A stretch of DNA of 64,000 nucleotides from Dictyostelium discoideum (GCA_000004695.1 CM000151.3:8064001-8128000); one strand, 5' to 3'. Shown: positions 1 through 15,827, counted from the stretch's first letter. Program-made: numbers and translations. The notes: generated by a model not told the origin, from the letters alone.

Positions 1-469
1 ATGTACCCTTTCAAAGTGTAAGTTATTTATAATAATTACCATTAAAAAAAATTTGACTGATAAAAATTAATATATATTTTTTTTTTTTTTGGTTAAATTT
101 TAATTTTAATTTAATAAATAATAATGGAACATCGAAAATCAAAAGAGTAAATTTTTGAATTTTTGAATTATTTAATATTTATTTTTATTTTTATTTATTT
201 TTTTTTTTCCTTTAATTTTTTTTCCTTTGTTTTTATGTATATTTACAAAAAAAAAAATATTAATAAAAAAAAAAAAGAAAAAAAAACCATTGATTAAAGA
301 AATAGATAAATTATTATAATTATTATTTGATTGTATTGTATTATATTGATTATTGTTAAATAAGTACATACAATCACCAACATACACACAAAAAAAAAAA
401 AAAAAAAAAAAAACCAACTCCACCACTTCAAAGGGGTACTAACCACTAAGCATACTGAGAAATAGAGAG

Positions 470-640
470 AGAAATAGAGAGAAAAAGAGATACACACACA
501 AACAACATAGATACTCACTCACACACACACACACGTTGACACACACTCACTCGCTCTCATATTATTTTTTCATTTAATAAAAACAGATACTCTCCCGTAC
601 ACACGGACACACTCGCACACACACATTTTTATTTTTTAAT
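470..640. repeat. CA-rich low-complexity block ((CA)n/(CACA) with CTCA interruptions)
   Basis: Runs such as cacacacaaacaac...cactcacacacacacacacg...cacacggacacactcgcacacacaca can be read directly in the sequence. They form a relatively GC-richer island in AT-rich spacer DNA. Confidence 0.8.
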
Positions 641-1279
641 AAAATTGAAAAAATATACATGTTCTCCTTTTCATTTCATATTTGTAAAAATTATTATTAT
701 TATCATTATTATCATTATTATCATTATTAATTTTTATTTAAATAAATACATCCACCACCTATATAATTTATATAATTTTAGTATGAAATTATTCCAATAA
801 TATTTTTTTTTTATTTATAGCTGATTGTAGAAGAGATGATATCAAAAATAGAAACAAACAAACAATAAAAAATAGTAATTTTTTTTTTTTTTTATTTTTG
901 GTTTTTATTATTTTTTAATTATTATTTAAATTATTATTTTTTTTATTTATTTTTTTCTTTTTTTAATTAAAATAATTTTTTTAATTTTTTTAATCAAATA
1001 CTAATTTATCTATTATATAAACTTTTTTTTTTTTTTTTTTTATTATTTGACATTCATTTAATTTAATCCAGTTTTTTTAAAATCTTGTTATAAATTAAAC
1101 CTTTTTTTTTGAAATAAAAAAAAAATAAAAAAAAAAAAAAGTTAAAATTTGTAAGTAATAGAATTTTTTTCATTTATTTATAATTTTTTTATAATTTTTT
1201 TTTTTTTTTTATTTATTATTAAAAAATAATAAATTTCATGTTCAAAATCTATTTATGTAATTAAAATTATAATTTTCAT

Positions 1280-1316
<37 letters not shown>

Positions 1317-1687
1317 TTTGATTTGTAAGTTAAATTATTGTTGGTAACAAAAATTATATATCCTTATTTTCAAAAAAATTAAAAAAAAAAAAAAAAAAAA
1401 AATTATTATTTTTTCCAATCCCATAAAATAGTGATTTAATATAATATATGATCAATATTTTTTTTCATTATTGATAAAATCTCAAAAAAAAATTAATAAT
1501 TTGTAAAAGATTTAAAGATTAATTTGGCGATACATCAACATCATTAAAATAATAAATCAATAAAAAAAAAAATTAAAAAATCAAAAAAAAAAAAAATTAA
1601 AATAATGATAATTTGGGAACAAAAATTGACAGCCAGAGATCATTTCAAGTGTTGGTTTTTTTTTTATTTTTATTTTTTTGGGTTTAT

Positions 1688-1727
<40 letters not shown>

Positions 1728-1800
1728 TGTTAGCTACATTGAATTTTGGTTTTATGTGCTTTTGGTGGTATTTAAAAAATAAAAAAAAAAAAAAGGATAA

Positions 1801-1880
1801 TTTAATATGGTGAGTGTGGTGGTGTGTTAAAGTTGTTTGTGGTAATGTGTGCTTTTTGTGTGTGAGTGTGTGTGTGTGAG
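1801..1880. repeat. GT-rich low-complexity block (inverse composition of the 470-640 block)
   Basis: The sequence reads gtgagtgtggtggtgtgttaaagttgtttgtggtaatgtgtgctttttgtgtgtgagtgtgtgtgtgtgag. It is the complement-type composition of the CA-rich block about 1.2 kb upstream. Confidence 0.8.
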
Positions 1881-2557
1881 ATATAGTGTGTATTATTTTT
1901 TTATTTTTATTATTTTTTAATTTATTTTTTTTTTATTTTTTTTTTGAATGTAATTACATATTTGTTTTTTTGTTGTTTCAAAATTGCCTTTTTATTATTT
2001 TTATTATTATTTTTTTAAAAAAAAACCAAAAAAATAACAGCTAAAAAAAAATACCAAAAACATATAATTTTTATTTTTATTTTTATTTTTTTTTTTTTTT
2101 ATTTTCCACTTTTTTATTATTATCATTATTTTTATTATTATAATTATTAAATTTGCAAACTATATTTTCTAAAGTTCACCATAAAAAATAAAATAAAAAA
2201 CATCCAAATCCTTTCAAAATACAACAATTTTCAAAAATTTTTTTCATTATTCCAAAAACATTTTTGATTTAATTATTAATATATTTTTATTTTATTTATT
2301 TTTTTTTTTTTTTAAATTTTATAATTATTTTTTTTTTATTTTTTTTTTAAAAAAAAATAAAAATTGTAAATTTGTAAAACTTAAAGTAGTTTAAAGTAGT
2401 CTCATTTAATTTTATTTTCTTTAAAAAAAAAAAAAAAAAAAAAAATAATTCCTAACTTTTTTTTTTTTATTATTTCTTAAATCCCATTTTTCCAAAAGTA
2501 AAAAAAATTTTCCAATATTTTTTTTTTTAAAATAAATTATACAAAAAAAAAAAAAAA

Positions 2558-4733
<2,176 letters not shown>

Positions 4734-4734
4734 G

Positions 4735-4786
<52 letters not shown>

Positions 4787-4927
4787 AAAACTAAACCAAA
4801 CCAAAGACTTTGTAAATAAAAACTTTAAATAAAAGTGATATATAATGAATTTTAATTTTTTTTTAAAATATCTTTTTAATTTTAATTTTTATTTTTATTT
4901 TTTTAAAAATATTTTCTTTTTTTATTT

Positions 4928-6071
4928 TTATTTACTATTATTAACAATTTCCTTAATTTCTATAATTTTTTAATAAAAAAATAAAATAAAAAAGTTTATT
5001 AGTTTATATATATATATATTTTTTGAAAAAAAAAACTTACTATTAAAAATTAAATTATATTGTTTTGTTGCTTCAGAATTTGGATGAGTTATTAAATAAC
5101 TTTTACCTTCATCACAAGAACGTGCAATTAATGGATCAATAGGTATACGACCCAAGAATGGTACATTCATATCTTGTGACATTTTTTCAGCACCACCAGT
5201 TGTTGGAATGAAAATTTGAGATTCTTTATTACATTTTGGACATACGAAACCAGACATATTCTCAACGACACCAATGATTGGAACACCCACTTTTTTACAG
5301 AAATTAATTTCCTTTCTGACATCGATTAATGCTACATCTTGTGGTGAAGTAACGATTACAGCACCTGATAAATTGGAAGTTTTCAAATATTGTACAATTG
5401 ATAAATGTTCGTCAGATGTGCCAGGTGGTGTATCGATGACAAGGTAATCCAAATCATTCCAATAAACATCTTTAAGGAATTGTTTAATTATACCATTCTT
5501 TTTTGGACCTCTCCAAATCACTGCATCCTCTTCTTTCTCCAATAGGAATCCGACTGACATCACTGCTAAATTGTCTTGAACATAAACTGGATCCCAGCCT
5601 TGACCACTGATATGAATGTTTTCACCCTCTAATCCCATTATCTTTGGTATCGATGGTCCACAAATATCAATATCCAATAATCCAACTTCAACTTTTTCAT
5701 CCATTGATAATGCAAAACTAAGTTGTGATGAAAATGTACTCTTTCCAACTCCACCTTTACCTGATAATACTAATATCTTATTTTTAACTGTTTTCATTCT
5801 TTCTTCAATTTCTATAATATCTGGATCTGGTCCTTTTGGTGCTGTTGCACAAATTTGCTTTAAAAAAAAAAAACAAAAAAAAAAAAAAAAACAAAAAATA
5901 AAAATTAAAAAATAAAAAAAATTAATATATTATATATAAATTTATATAATGTATTAATATCTAGAAACTTACTTGGTTTGGACAACCAGCGCATGCAGCT
6001 GATTTACCACTCATTTCACTTTGTGTACCAGGACAATTTTCTGGTGGTGGTGCAACTAATTGATCTGACAT
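4928..6071 (-). CDS. nubp1: Cytosolic Fe-S cluster assembly ATPase NUBP1/Nbp35 (Mrp/NBP35 family). Three exons: 6071..5973, 5857..5041 and 4959..4928.
   Basis: Exon 1 encodes [33 protein letters not shown], the N-terminal Cys cluster, followed by a GTAAGT donor. Exon 2 carries the Walker A motif [14 protein letters not shown], the CPxC motif (GFVCPKC) and Mrp-family blocks. It ends at AATA|GTAAGT. A short terminal exon follows a ttatag acceptor. The introns are poly-A/T rich. Confidence 0.8.
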
Positions 6072-6140
6072 TTCTTTTTTATATATTTTTTTATTATTTT
6101 ACAAAAATTATTATTTCTCTATTTATTGGGTAAATAAGAA

Positions 6141-6171
<31 letters not shown>

Positions 6172-6206
6172 GTTGAAAAGATTTTTTAAAATTAAAAAAT
6201 AAAAAA

Positions 6207-6245
<39 letters not shown>

Positions 6246-6249
6246 ATTT

Positions 6250-6283
<34 letters not shown>

Positions 6284-6409
6284 GGTTGTTGGTTTTGATA
6301 CCACATCATTTTTTACTCATCAAAGAATCTACATATTGTACATTATTTTATACATTTATATATTTTTATTCATCAAAGTAATATTATAATAAAAATAAAT
6401 ATATATTAA

Positions 6410-6878
<469 letters not shown>

Positions 6879-7307
6879 AAAACTTATAAATTATAAAAAA
6901 TAAAAATAAAAAATAATAATAATAATATAAAATATCAAGAGTTTAATATTTTTTTTATCAATCTCTTCAATGTACATATTTTCATTTTAAATTTATTGAA
7001 ATTTTAAAATTGGTTTAGATTTAAAAATTATTAAAGATTCATCAATTAAAAAAAAAAAAAAATAAAAAAAAAAAAAATAAAAAATAATATTATTAAAAAA
7101 AAAAAAATAAAAAAAAAATAAAAAAAAAAATAGGATTGATTTTAATCAATGTATTTTTATTTTATTGATTTGTAATTTCCATTAAAAAAGTTTCAACTGG
7201 ACGAGATAATTTACAATAGTCATGACAATAATCAGAGATAATTCTTGGATTTGTTAAAGAGGAATAATTTGAATTATTTGAACTATATTCAACATTTGTA
7301 GTTAAAT

Positions 7308-8669
7308 TTAATTGTTGAATATAGGTTGCACCATTATTTTACTGAATGCATTTCTATTGAAAACATTATCATGTTTTGCACCATTATAAGGTATCCATAA
7401 ACCTTCACAATAGAATTCTATTTGACTATGACAACCACAATCGGATATTGTAAAACCATCATCATCATCGGTATTTTCTAGTTTTCTAAATGATTTCTCA
7501 TGAATACTTCTACCACTAATATAACGAGTTGGTATATTATTATAACGAGTGATTGATGAAAAGAATGTACTAAAACTTCAAATCCGGTTTCCATAGATTT
7601 CAGTGCTTTTTGAGTACCAAATTTTACATTATAAACCATATGTTTCTTTATAAATAATGAAACTCTATAACAAAAACATAAAATTGATTCTTTTGTACCA
7701 TCATCGAATCTAATTGGTTCCAATTGATATTTTCTAATGAATTCTTGAAATTCAACTGAATCATGGTTACATAATTCGTCAGGTTTTGTATAAATAAATA
7801 TTTCTTGTTCTGAAATTGGTGTATATTCAACCTCTTCATCGTCATCATCATCAACTTCTTCCAATGCATTTGAATACATTTCAGCTTCAGTAATATGATA
7901 TACTGAAAAATTAAAACTATCATTATTATTATAATTTGATAAAATTGGTGGATTTGAATAATAAATTTTATAACATGGATATAAATTTGTAAGAATTTCA
8001 TTTGAATCGATTATTCTATTTGTTGATTCACAATGTAAATAAAATTTACTTGATGTAATATGTTGAGTTTGTATTGATTGTGGTTTATGCATATAAATAA
8101 TAAATTTGTTTAGTTGATTTAAATCTGGTTGATGGATGATTTTATTTTTTTTGATGTTTTTGTTTTCAAATGTCCATGTTTTCTTTACAGTATATCTAAT
8201 TGAAAATTTATAATTTCTATTAACTTTAAATCTTCTATTACACATTCTCTTGTGAGTTTCATGGTCATTCATTAATTCATCTATTGTTGGAATTTCTTTT
8301 GGTAATTTATATATCACTCTTTTTATATCTATAATATGAATTAACTGGAAATTGTGATACAATATCTCTTCCAACAATATTTGTAATTTGCATATTATTA
8401 TACATTAATTTTGAATATGTTAAATAAATAGGTTGTTTTTCTTTTTTTTCTTTTTTTTCTTTTTGTTGTTGTTGTTGTTGTGGATGTGGGTGTGGTTGTG
8501 ATGAATAGGTTGCTTTATTTTTTACAGTATATGAATAAGATGGAGGTGGTGAGTAAATTGGTGAGGATGAAACTGATAATGATTTTAATTTTTTAGTTAG
8601 TAATGATGTTTCTTGTTGTCGTTGGTGTTGTGATTGGGTTTCAATATTTGCCAATTGTTTTGGTAGTTT

Positions 8670-8722
<53 letters not shown>

Positions 8723-9049
8723 CTTGTTGTTGTTGTTCTTGTTGTTGTTGTTCTTGTTCACTTTGATAAGATTTTGATAAATTATTTAAAAAACTATTAT
8801 CATCCAAATAAATTTCTAAATATAATAATGTTGTTAATTAAGAGGTCTGTCTAACGAAAAAATCATTTAATTTAATTTTATTACAATACCTTTAATCTTG
8901 TCACAATAATTTGAAACTGATTCATTTAATCTTGATGAGTTTTCATATAAATTATTAAACTCTTTTTTTAATAGTACATAATTTGGATCCATTATAAGTT
9001 TTTTTTTTAAAGTGGGTCTGAAAATTGACACATGATTTTTTTTTTCCAA
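7308..9049 (-). CDS. PolyQ-containing protein of unknown function. Exon 1 is 9049..8890, followed by a 74-nt intron; exon 2 starts at 8815. The coding frame changes twice (near 8340 and near 7575), so this is a possible pseudogene or a sequence error.
   Basis: The 60-aa ORF at 8867..9049 ends at AAAG|GTATTG and splices in phase to an acceptor at 8816-8817, joining the 8307..8807 polyQ ORF (...DKIK/EIYLDDNSFLNNLSKSYQSEQEQQQQ...). The reading then continues in a +1 frame (7478..8377) and shifts again into ...RYISGRSIHEKSFRKLENTDDDDGFTISDCGCHSQIEFYCEGLWIPYNGAKHDNVFNRNAFSKIMVQPIFNN*. Both shifts sit in homopolymer runs (AAAAA near 8340, TTTT near 7575). Confidence 0.4.
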
Positions 9050-10595
9050 TCTTTCTACTATTTTAAAAAAAAAAAAAAAAAAAAAACTTAGAACGATTTT
9101 TATTTTTTATTTATAATTAAAAGATATATTCCCTCTCGTTGTTCCTCAAAATAAAAAAACCAATTACAAAAAATGGATGGTAAATAAAATTTTAAAATTA
9201 AAATTTTTGATAAAAAAAAAAAAAAAAAAAAAGAATGGTTTTAAAAAATTTTTTTTTAATTCTTTTTTTAATTCTTTTATTTTTTTAAAAACTTATATTA
9301 AGGAACATCAAAAAAAAAAAAAAAAAGTTAAAAAACAATTTTAATGCTTTTTTTTTAAAAAAATAAAAAAAAAAAATTAAAAAAAGAATTTTCTTTCTCA
9401 AAATAAATTCTTATTAATTAAATTAGTTATGTTTTTTTTTTTTATTGGATTGTTTGATTAGATTTTTTTTTTTTTTTTTACATTTGAATAATTTGATGCA
9501 TGTGGGTATTTTTTATTTACATTTTCTATTGGGAAATTATTTATTTGATTTGTAATATCATTCAACTGAACATTAAAAAAAAAAAAAAAAAAAAAATGAA
9601 AATAATACTTTAGTTTATCAATAAAAAAAATAAATAAAACTTCAATAAAAATAAAAATAAAAAATAAAAATATAAAATAAAAAAAAACATACTTTTTTTT
9701 TATATCTAATATCACTTTGGCGTCTCTATTTTTGTATACTTAATTCATATTAAAATCATTGTTAAAAAAAAAAAAAAAATCAAAAAAAATCAAGAAAAAT
9801 CAAAAAAATAAAATGAAAAAAAATAATACTTTAGTTTATCAATAAAAAAAATTAATTTATTAAATAATACAACATTAACCAATAAAAACAAAAAAAACAT
9901 ACAATTTTTTTTCTTTAGTTTTATTTTTTTTTATTTTTTTTTTTTTTTATTTTTTTTTTTTTTACTTAAACCTGGGAGATGACCAAAAAAGGAAAAAAAC
10001 AATTAATTTAAAAAAAAACCGTATTATGAGCATAGTGCAATATAAAGTTGCAGAATAGCTAAAATTCTATTTGACCAAAAATTTTGGAAACGATATGAGG
10101 TGTTAATTTAATTTTATTATCCCTATTTTTTAATTTTGGAGATTTGTTTTTCTATTTTTTTTAATTAATAAAAAAATAAAAAAAAAATATATAACAAACT
10201 TTTACCCGTAGTAGGCCGCTGACCGCTAGCTGGTGGTAGATGGTCCTTTTCAAACTCATGTTGGGAATTATAAAAATATAAAAAAAAAATATAAAAACCA
10301 AAAAGATTTTTTTTTTTTTTTTTTTTTTAATACAATTAATATGGCCCTTAATTTAATTTTATTTTCCCTATTAGGAGATTTAATTTTTCTAATAAAAAAA
10401 ATTTTAAAAAAAAATATAATAAATCAAACCTATGTTTCGGAATTATAAAAATAAAAAAAAAATAAAAACTAAATTGATTATTTTTTTTTTTTTAACTAAT
10501 TTCTATTTAAAAGGTTTTTTTTTTTTTTATTTTTTGGATTATTATTTATTTTAACTTATATATATATAGAATAAATAATACTTTTAATTAATTAG

Positions 10596-11565
10596 ATGGA
10601 TAAAATTAAAAATAATAATGAAAGTAATAATTTTAAATATTGTAAAGATTATAATATAAAAGAATTATTATTAAAAAGATTAAAATTAGATATCAACACA
10701 AAAATTCAAACTTTGGATGATATCTCAAAAATTCTTATTGTGTTTTCAAGGAAAATACCCTTTGATAGTTCTGATTTATTATTAAATGGATTTAAACCAC
10801 CTTTTTCAGTTGAAAATATTATAAAAAGAGTTTTAATTGATAAATTTGGTAATTATTATTATATAATTATTGTTTTTTAATTGTTTTCTAACTTTTTAAT
10901 TTAAAAAATTTAAAGGTAGTTATTGTATAAATTTAAATATTTTATTTGGATTATTTTTATGTGAAATGGGTATTGATGTTAAATTGATAAAAGGTATTGA
11001 AGGATCAACTTTATTCCAAAATCCATGGTTTCAAAAACATCATAGTAATATTATAAATTGGGAGAATAAATTATATTACCTTGATGTTGGATTTGGTTGT
11101 ATTACACCATTTAAACCACTTGAATTATTAAATGAAGAAACCATTAAAAATTATAATGAAAATGAAAATAAAAATGAAATTACTAATACTGTATATAGAG
11201 TTAGAAAATTAAAAAATGATGATGATAATGATGAATATTTATATGAAGAAAAAATAATTGATAAAACAAAACCTCAAAATCAATTATTTAGTCCAGTTTT
11301 TCATTTTAATTTATCACCTGCGACATATGAAATAATTGAATACAGTATTGAACAATATTCAAAATTTGATGTTGATAAAGTACTTTTATTTAAATTATTT
11401 AAAAAAGGAGGTTACCATTTATTTAAAGATAAACTAATAATTAGTTATTATGATGACAAAAATAACAATCAAATTAAAGAAATTAATGATAATATTACAT
11501 TTAATAATTATTATAAAACATTATTTTATAAAAAAAATAAAAATATTTTTATAAAAATTTATTAA
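10596..11565 (+). CDS. Arylamine N-acetyltransferase (NAT) family protein, tandem copy 1. Exons: 10596..10848 and 10916..11565.
   Basis: Splicing DKFG|GTAATT ... tttaaag|G joins the product to ...LIDKFGGSYCINLNILFGLFLCEMGIDV.... This matches the NAT catalytic-Cys motif RGGYCFELN. The later block NKLYYLDVGFGCITPF matches the NAT (Y/F)LVDVGFG block. Confidence 0.7.
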
Positions 11566-12553
11566 TTTAATTAAAATTACAAATATTTATTTTTACTATT
11601 AGAAAAAAAAAATCTAACCAAACTATCTGTTGTGCTCAAAAAAGCGAATTTATATTTCGATATTTTTTGGGATCTAAAATGAAAAAAAAGTATTTTTTTT
11701 TTTTGGTCACCTTGGTTGGAAATAATTTCTCTGGCGGTTTTCGTGTTTTATTTTTATTTTTTTTTTTTTTTTCACACTTAATTTTTTTACTTTCATTTTT
11801 TATTTATTTTCTGTAATTAATTATACATTTTATTTAAAAAAAGAGATTGAAAAAAGATAGAAAAAAAAAAAAAAAAGAGAAATTAAATGTGATCATTTAT
11901 TAGTTAAACATAAAAAGATTTTTCAATTATATTATATAATATATTATAATTAATTAAACCTATAAAGATTTTTGATTATATAATATTATATTTTACAATT
12001 AAAAAAAAAAAATTAAAATATACTTTCATTAACCAATAAAAATAAAAATAAAAAAAACATACTTTTATTTTTTTATTTTTTTTTTTTTATATTTTTTATT
12101 ATATTTTTTTTTATATTTTTTTTTTTATTTTTTTTTTATTAACACACACATATAAAAGTAAAGGGAACCTGTGACCAAAAAAGAAAATTACATTATTAAG
12201 AGAAAACGACTTGTATTATGAGCATTAAGTATAAGAAAGCTAAAAATTTTATTTTGACCAAAAATTTTTTTTTTAATTCCCAAAAACAATATGGTGTGTT
12301 AATTAAATTTTATTTTCCCTATTAGGAGATTTGTTTTTTCTAATATAAAAAATTTTAAAAAAAATAACAAATCAAACTTATGTTTCGGAATTATAAATAT
12401 AAAAATAAAAAAATAAAAACCAAATTGATTTTTTTTTTTTTTTTTTTTTTAATAACTAATTTCTATTTAGGTTTTTTTTTTTTTTTTTTTTTTTTGGATG
12501 ATTATTTATTTTAACTTATATATATAGAATAAATAATACTTTTAATTAATTAG

Positions 12554-13553
12554 ATGGATAAAATTAAAAATAATAATGAAAGTAATAATTTTAAATATTG
12601 TAAAGATTATAATATAAAAGAATTATTATTAAAAAGATTAAAATTAGATATCAACACAAAAATTCAAACTTTGGATGATATCTCAAAAATTCATATTGTA
12701 TTTTCAAGGAAAATACCCTTTGATAATTCTGATTTATTAATAAATGGATTTAAACCACCTTTTTCAGTTGAAAATATTATAAAAAGAGTTTTAATTGATA
12801 AATTTGGTAATTATTATTATTAAATTACTATTTTTTTAAAAAAGTAAACAATTATTTTCTAAATTTTAATTTAAAAAAAAATAAAAAAATAAAATAAAAT
12901 TAAAAGGTAGTTATTGTACAAATTTAAATATTTTATTTGGATTATTTTTATGTGAAATGGGTATTGATGTTAGATTGATAAAAGGTATTGAAGGATCAAC
13001 ATTATTAAAAAGTCCATGGTTTCACAACCATTTTAGTAATATTATATATTGGGAGAATAAATTATATTACCTTGATGTTGGATTTGGTTGTATTACACCA
13101 TTTAAACCACTTGAATTATTAAATGAAGAAACTATTAAAAATTATAATGAAAATGAAAATAAAAATGAAATTAATAAAACTGTATATAGAGTTAGAAAAT
13201 TAAAAAATGATGATGATGATGATGAATATTTATATGAAGAAAAATTTATTGATAAAATCAAACCTCAAAATCCATTATTTAGTCCAGTTTTTCATTTTAA
13301 TTTATCACCTGTTACATATGAAATAATTGAATATAGAGTTGAACCATATTCAAAATTTGATGTTGATAAAGTAATTTTAATTAAATTATTTAAAAAAGGA
13401 AGTTACCATTTATTTAAAGATAAACTAATAATTGATTATTATGATAATAATAAAAATCAAATTAAAGAAATTAACGATAATATTACATTTAATAATTATT
13501 ATAAAACATTATTTTATAAAAAAAATAAAAGTATTTTTATAAAAATTTATTAA
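12554..13553 (+). CDS. Arylamine N-acetyltransferase (NAT) family protein, tandem copy 2. Exons: 12554..12806 and 12907..13553.
   Basis: The structure and motifs are the same as copy 1 (GSYCTNLNILFGLFLCEMGIDVRLIKG, YYLDVGFGCITPF). The intron is 100 nt with a GTAATT donor and an aaaag acceptor. Confidence 0.7.
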
Positions 13554-13666
13554 TTTAATTAAAATTACAAATATATATTTTTACTATTATTATTGTTATT
13601 GTTATTATTATTATTATTATTTTTTTTTTTTTTTTTTTTTTTTTTTATTATTATTATTTTTTAAAA

Positions 13667-15208
13667 TTAATTTTGAATTATTTCTTCATCATTATCTTTA
13701 AATGGTTCATAATTATTATTTTCATTATCTTCATTATTAAATTCATTATAATCTGAAGAATTTATACCTTGATTTTCAATTAATGGTTTTAATAAATTTG
13801 AATATTGAGGATTTTCAATAGTTTCTTCACAATCATCAGATTGTTTAAAACTTCTACCAGTGATTTTTGCTAAGATGTTTCTAAAGATTGTACCCCAATT
13901 TTCACGAAGTAATTGATATAAAATGATAGAGACAAAAGTGGAAACACCAATTGCATCAATTTTAATTTTACCCCATTCAACATTTACACTAATCATACCA
14001 GTACCTAAAACAATTGAAATACCGGCAGTTAAAAGATTTCTTGGTTTTGAAAAATCAACTTGAGAATTAATCCAAAGTTTTGCACCAGTTATAGCAGTGA
14101 TACCAAATAAAACAATTGATAAACCACCGAAAATACCTGGAGGTATAGTTTGAACGATTGCGCCGAAAATTGGTAAACATCCCAACACAATTGCGATACA
14201 TGCAGCAAATACGAATGAAAGGGTTGAGAAAATCTTTGTTATACTCATTACACCAATGTTTTCAGCGTAGGTTGTTGTACCAGAACTACCAAAGAATCCG
14301 GCTAAAATACATGCCAATGCATCACCTATAAAAGTTCTACCCAATAAATTATCCATACTATATTCAGTCATTGATGAAACCGCTTTTAAGTGACCAATAT
14401 TCTCTGCAGCTAAAATTACGGCAACAGGTGCAATCATTGAAATGTAAGTTGAATCGAATGATGGTAAATGAGTTTGTGGTAAACCAATCCATTTTGCATC
14501 ACTTACTACACTAAAATCAATACCTGGTCCAACACCTCCCAATCCACATAATAAATAAACTACATATGATACAACCCCACCAATTAAAATGGGTAATCTT
14601 TTCAAAGGGCCAGGTGCATAACATGTAATCATCACTACCAAAAGTATGGTTAATGCAGCCATCCATGCATCAAATCCTGTGGTTGCAGCTTGACCAACTG
14701 CTGAATTTGCTAAATGGAGACCAATGGAAACGATAACGGATCCAGTTACAACGGGTGGTGTTAAAAATTCAATCCATGCATGACCTGCAACCATTACAAG
14801 CAATCCAATGGCTAAATAAATAAATCCACAAACTACAATACCACCTGCTGCTGGAGAAATGTTTGGATTCGTTGTACCAGGTGAATAAATATATCCAGTG
14901 GCTGAATTAACAACTCCAATGAATGCAAAAGATGATCCTAAATATGACGGTACCTTACCTCCAGTGCATACATAGAATATCAATGTACCAACACCAGAGA
15001 AAAATAATGCTGAATTTGTACTAAATCCCATCAATAATGGGCATAAAATATTACCTCCAAACATTGCTAAAATATGTTGAAATGATAAAAAAAATGATGG
15101 TATAATTGGTATTCTTTCATCTGGCATAATAGGTATATCACTAGTATTTTTTAATTTATATTTTGGAAAATAATCCAAAATCATTATTTTTATATTTTCC
15201 CACATCAT
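13667..15208 (-). CDS. Nucleobase:cation symporter-2 (NCS2) family permease (xanthine/uracil permease-like)
   Basis: This is a single 513-aa ORF with multiple TM helices. It carries NCS2-like blocks (QHILAMFGGNILCPLLMGF, GVGTLIFYVCTGGKVPSYLGSSFAFIG, AENIGVMSITKIFS) and a low-complexity acidic/Asn tail. Confidence 0.8.
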   Translation of the reverse strand: MMWENIKIMILDYFPKYKLKNTSDIPIMPDERIPIIPSFFLSFQHILAMFGGNILCPLLMGFSTNSALFFSGVGTLIFYVCTGGKVPSYLGSSFAFIGVVNSATGYIYSPGTTNPNISPAAGGIVVCGFIYLAIGLLVMVAGHAWIEFLTPPVVTGSVIVSIGLHLANSAVGQAATTGFDAWMAALTILLVVMITCYAPGPLKRLPILIGGVVSYVVYLLCGLGGVGPGIDFSVVSDAKWIGLPQTHLPSFDSTYISMIAPVAVILAAENIGHLKAVSSMTEYSMDNLLGRTFIGDALACILAGFFGSSGTTTYAENIGVMSITKIFSTLSFVFAACIAIVLGCLPIFGAIVQTIPPGIFGGLSIVLFGITAITGAKLWINSQVDFSKPRNLLTAGISIVLGTGMISVNVEWGKIKIDAIGVSTFVSIILYQLLRENWGTIFRNILAKITGRSFKQSDDCEETIENPQYSNLLKPLIENQGINSSDYNEFNNEDNENNNYEPFKDNDEEIIQN

Positions 15209-15324
15209 TTTTTCTTATTTATAATATATAAAATATAAATATATATATAAAATTTATATTATTTATATTTATTATTTTTTTTTTTTTTTTGATGTTGATA
15301 TCTTTTTAACAGGGTTTTGAAGTG

Positions 15325-15383
<59 letters not shown>

Positions 15384-15827
15384 TATATCTTTTTAACAGG
15401 GTCTTGGAGTGAAAAAAAAAAAAAAAATAATAATAATGCCGATGACGAAAAAAGTTTTATAAGTTTATAAAGCTCGGATAAAAAATCTTTTGACGGGCTT
15501 GTTTTGAAATTAAAATAATAAAAATAAAAACCTGGTATTCATTTTTTTTTATTTTATTTTTAATATTTTTAAATTGTTTTTTTTTTTTTTTTTTTTTTTT
15601 TAAGATATTTGCAAAACACCAAACCTGACAAAAAAAAAAAAAAAATATTTTCATTTTTTTTTTTTAGCAACTGAATAATTTTATTTATTTTTAATGTGGA
15701 TTTAGTTTTCAGAAATAGAGGATTAAAAAAATAAACAAAATGATATAAAATATAAACAAAATTAAAGTATACATTCTGATCTAAATTTTTTTTTTTTTTT
15801 TTTTATAATTATTATTATTATTTTATT

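Larger units (their letters stand above)
9830..13560 (+). repeat. Tandem segmental duplication with a unit of about 1.96 kb. Each unit carries an arylamine N-acetyltransferase gene plus about 0.75 kb of upstream sequence.
   Basis: Upstream blocks align between the copies: tattatgagcat...ttgaccaaaaatttt and ttttccctattaggagattt...aaacctatgtttcggaattataaa appear at 10000-10450 and again at 12200-12410. The two-exon genes at 10596-11565 and 12554-13553 are about 90% identical, introns included. Confidence 0.8.

Noticed and set aside
8603-8854. Plus-strand 83-aa polyV ORF
   Set aside because: It is the antisense reading of the (CAA)n polyQ tract of the minus-strand gene.
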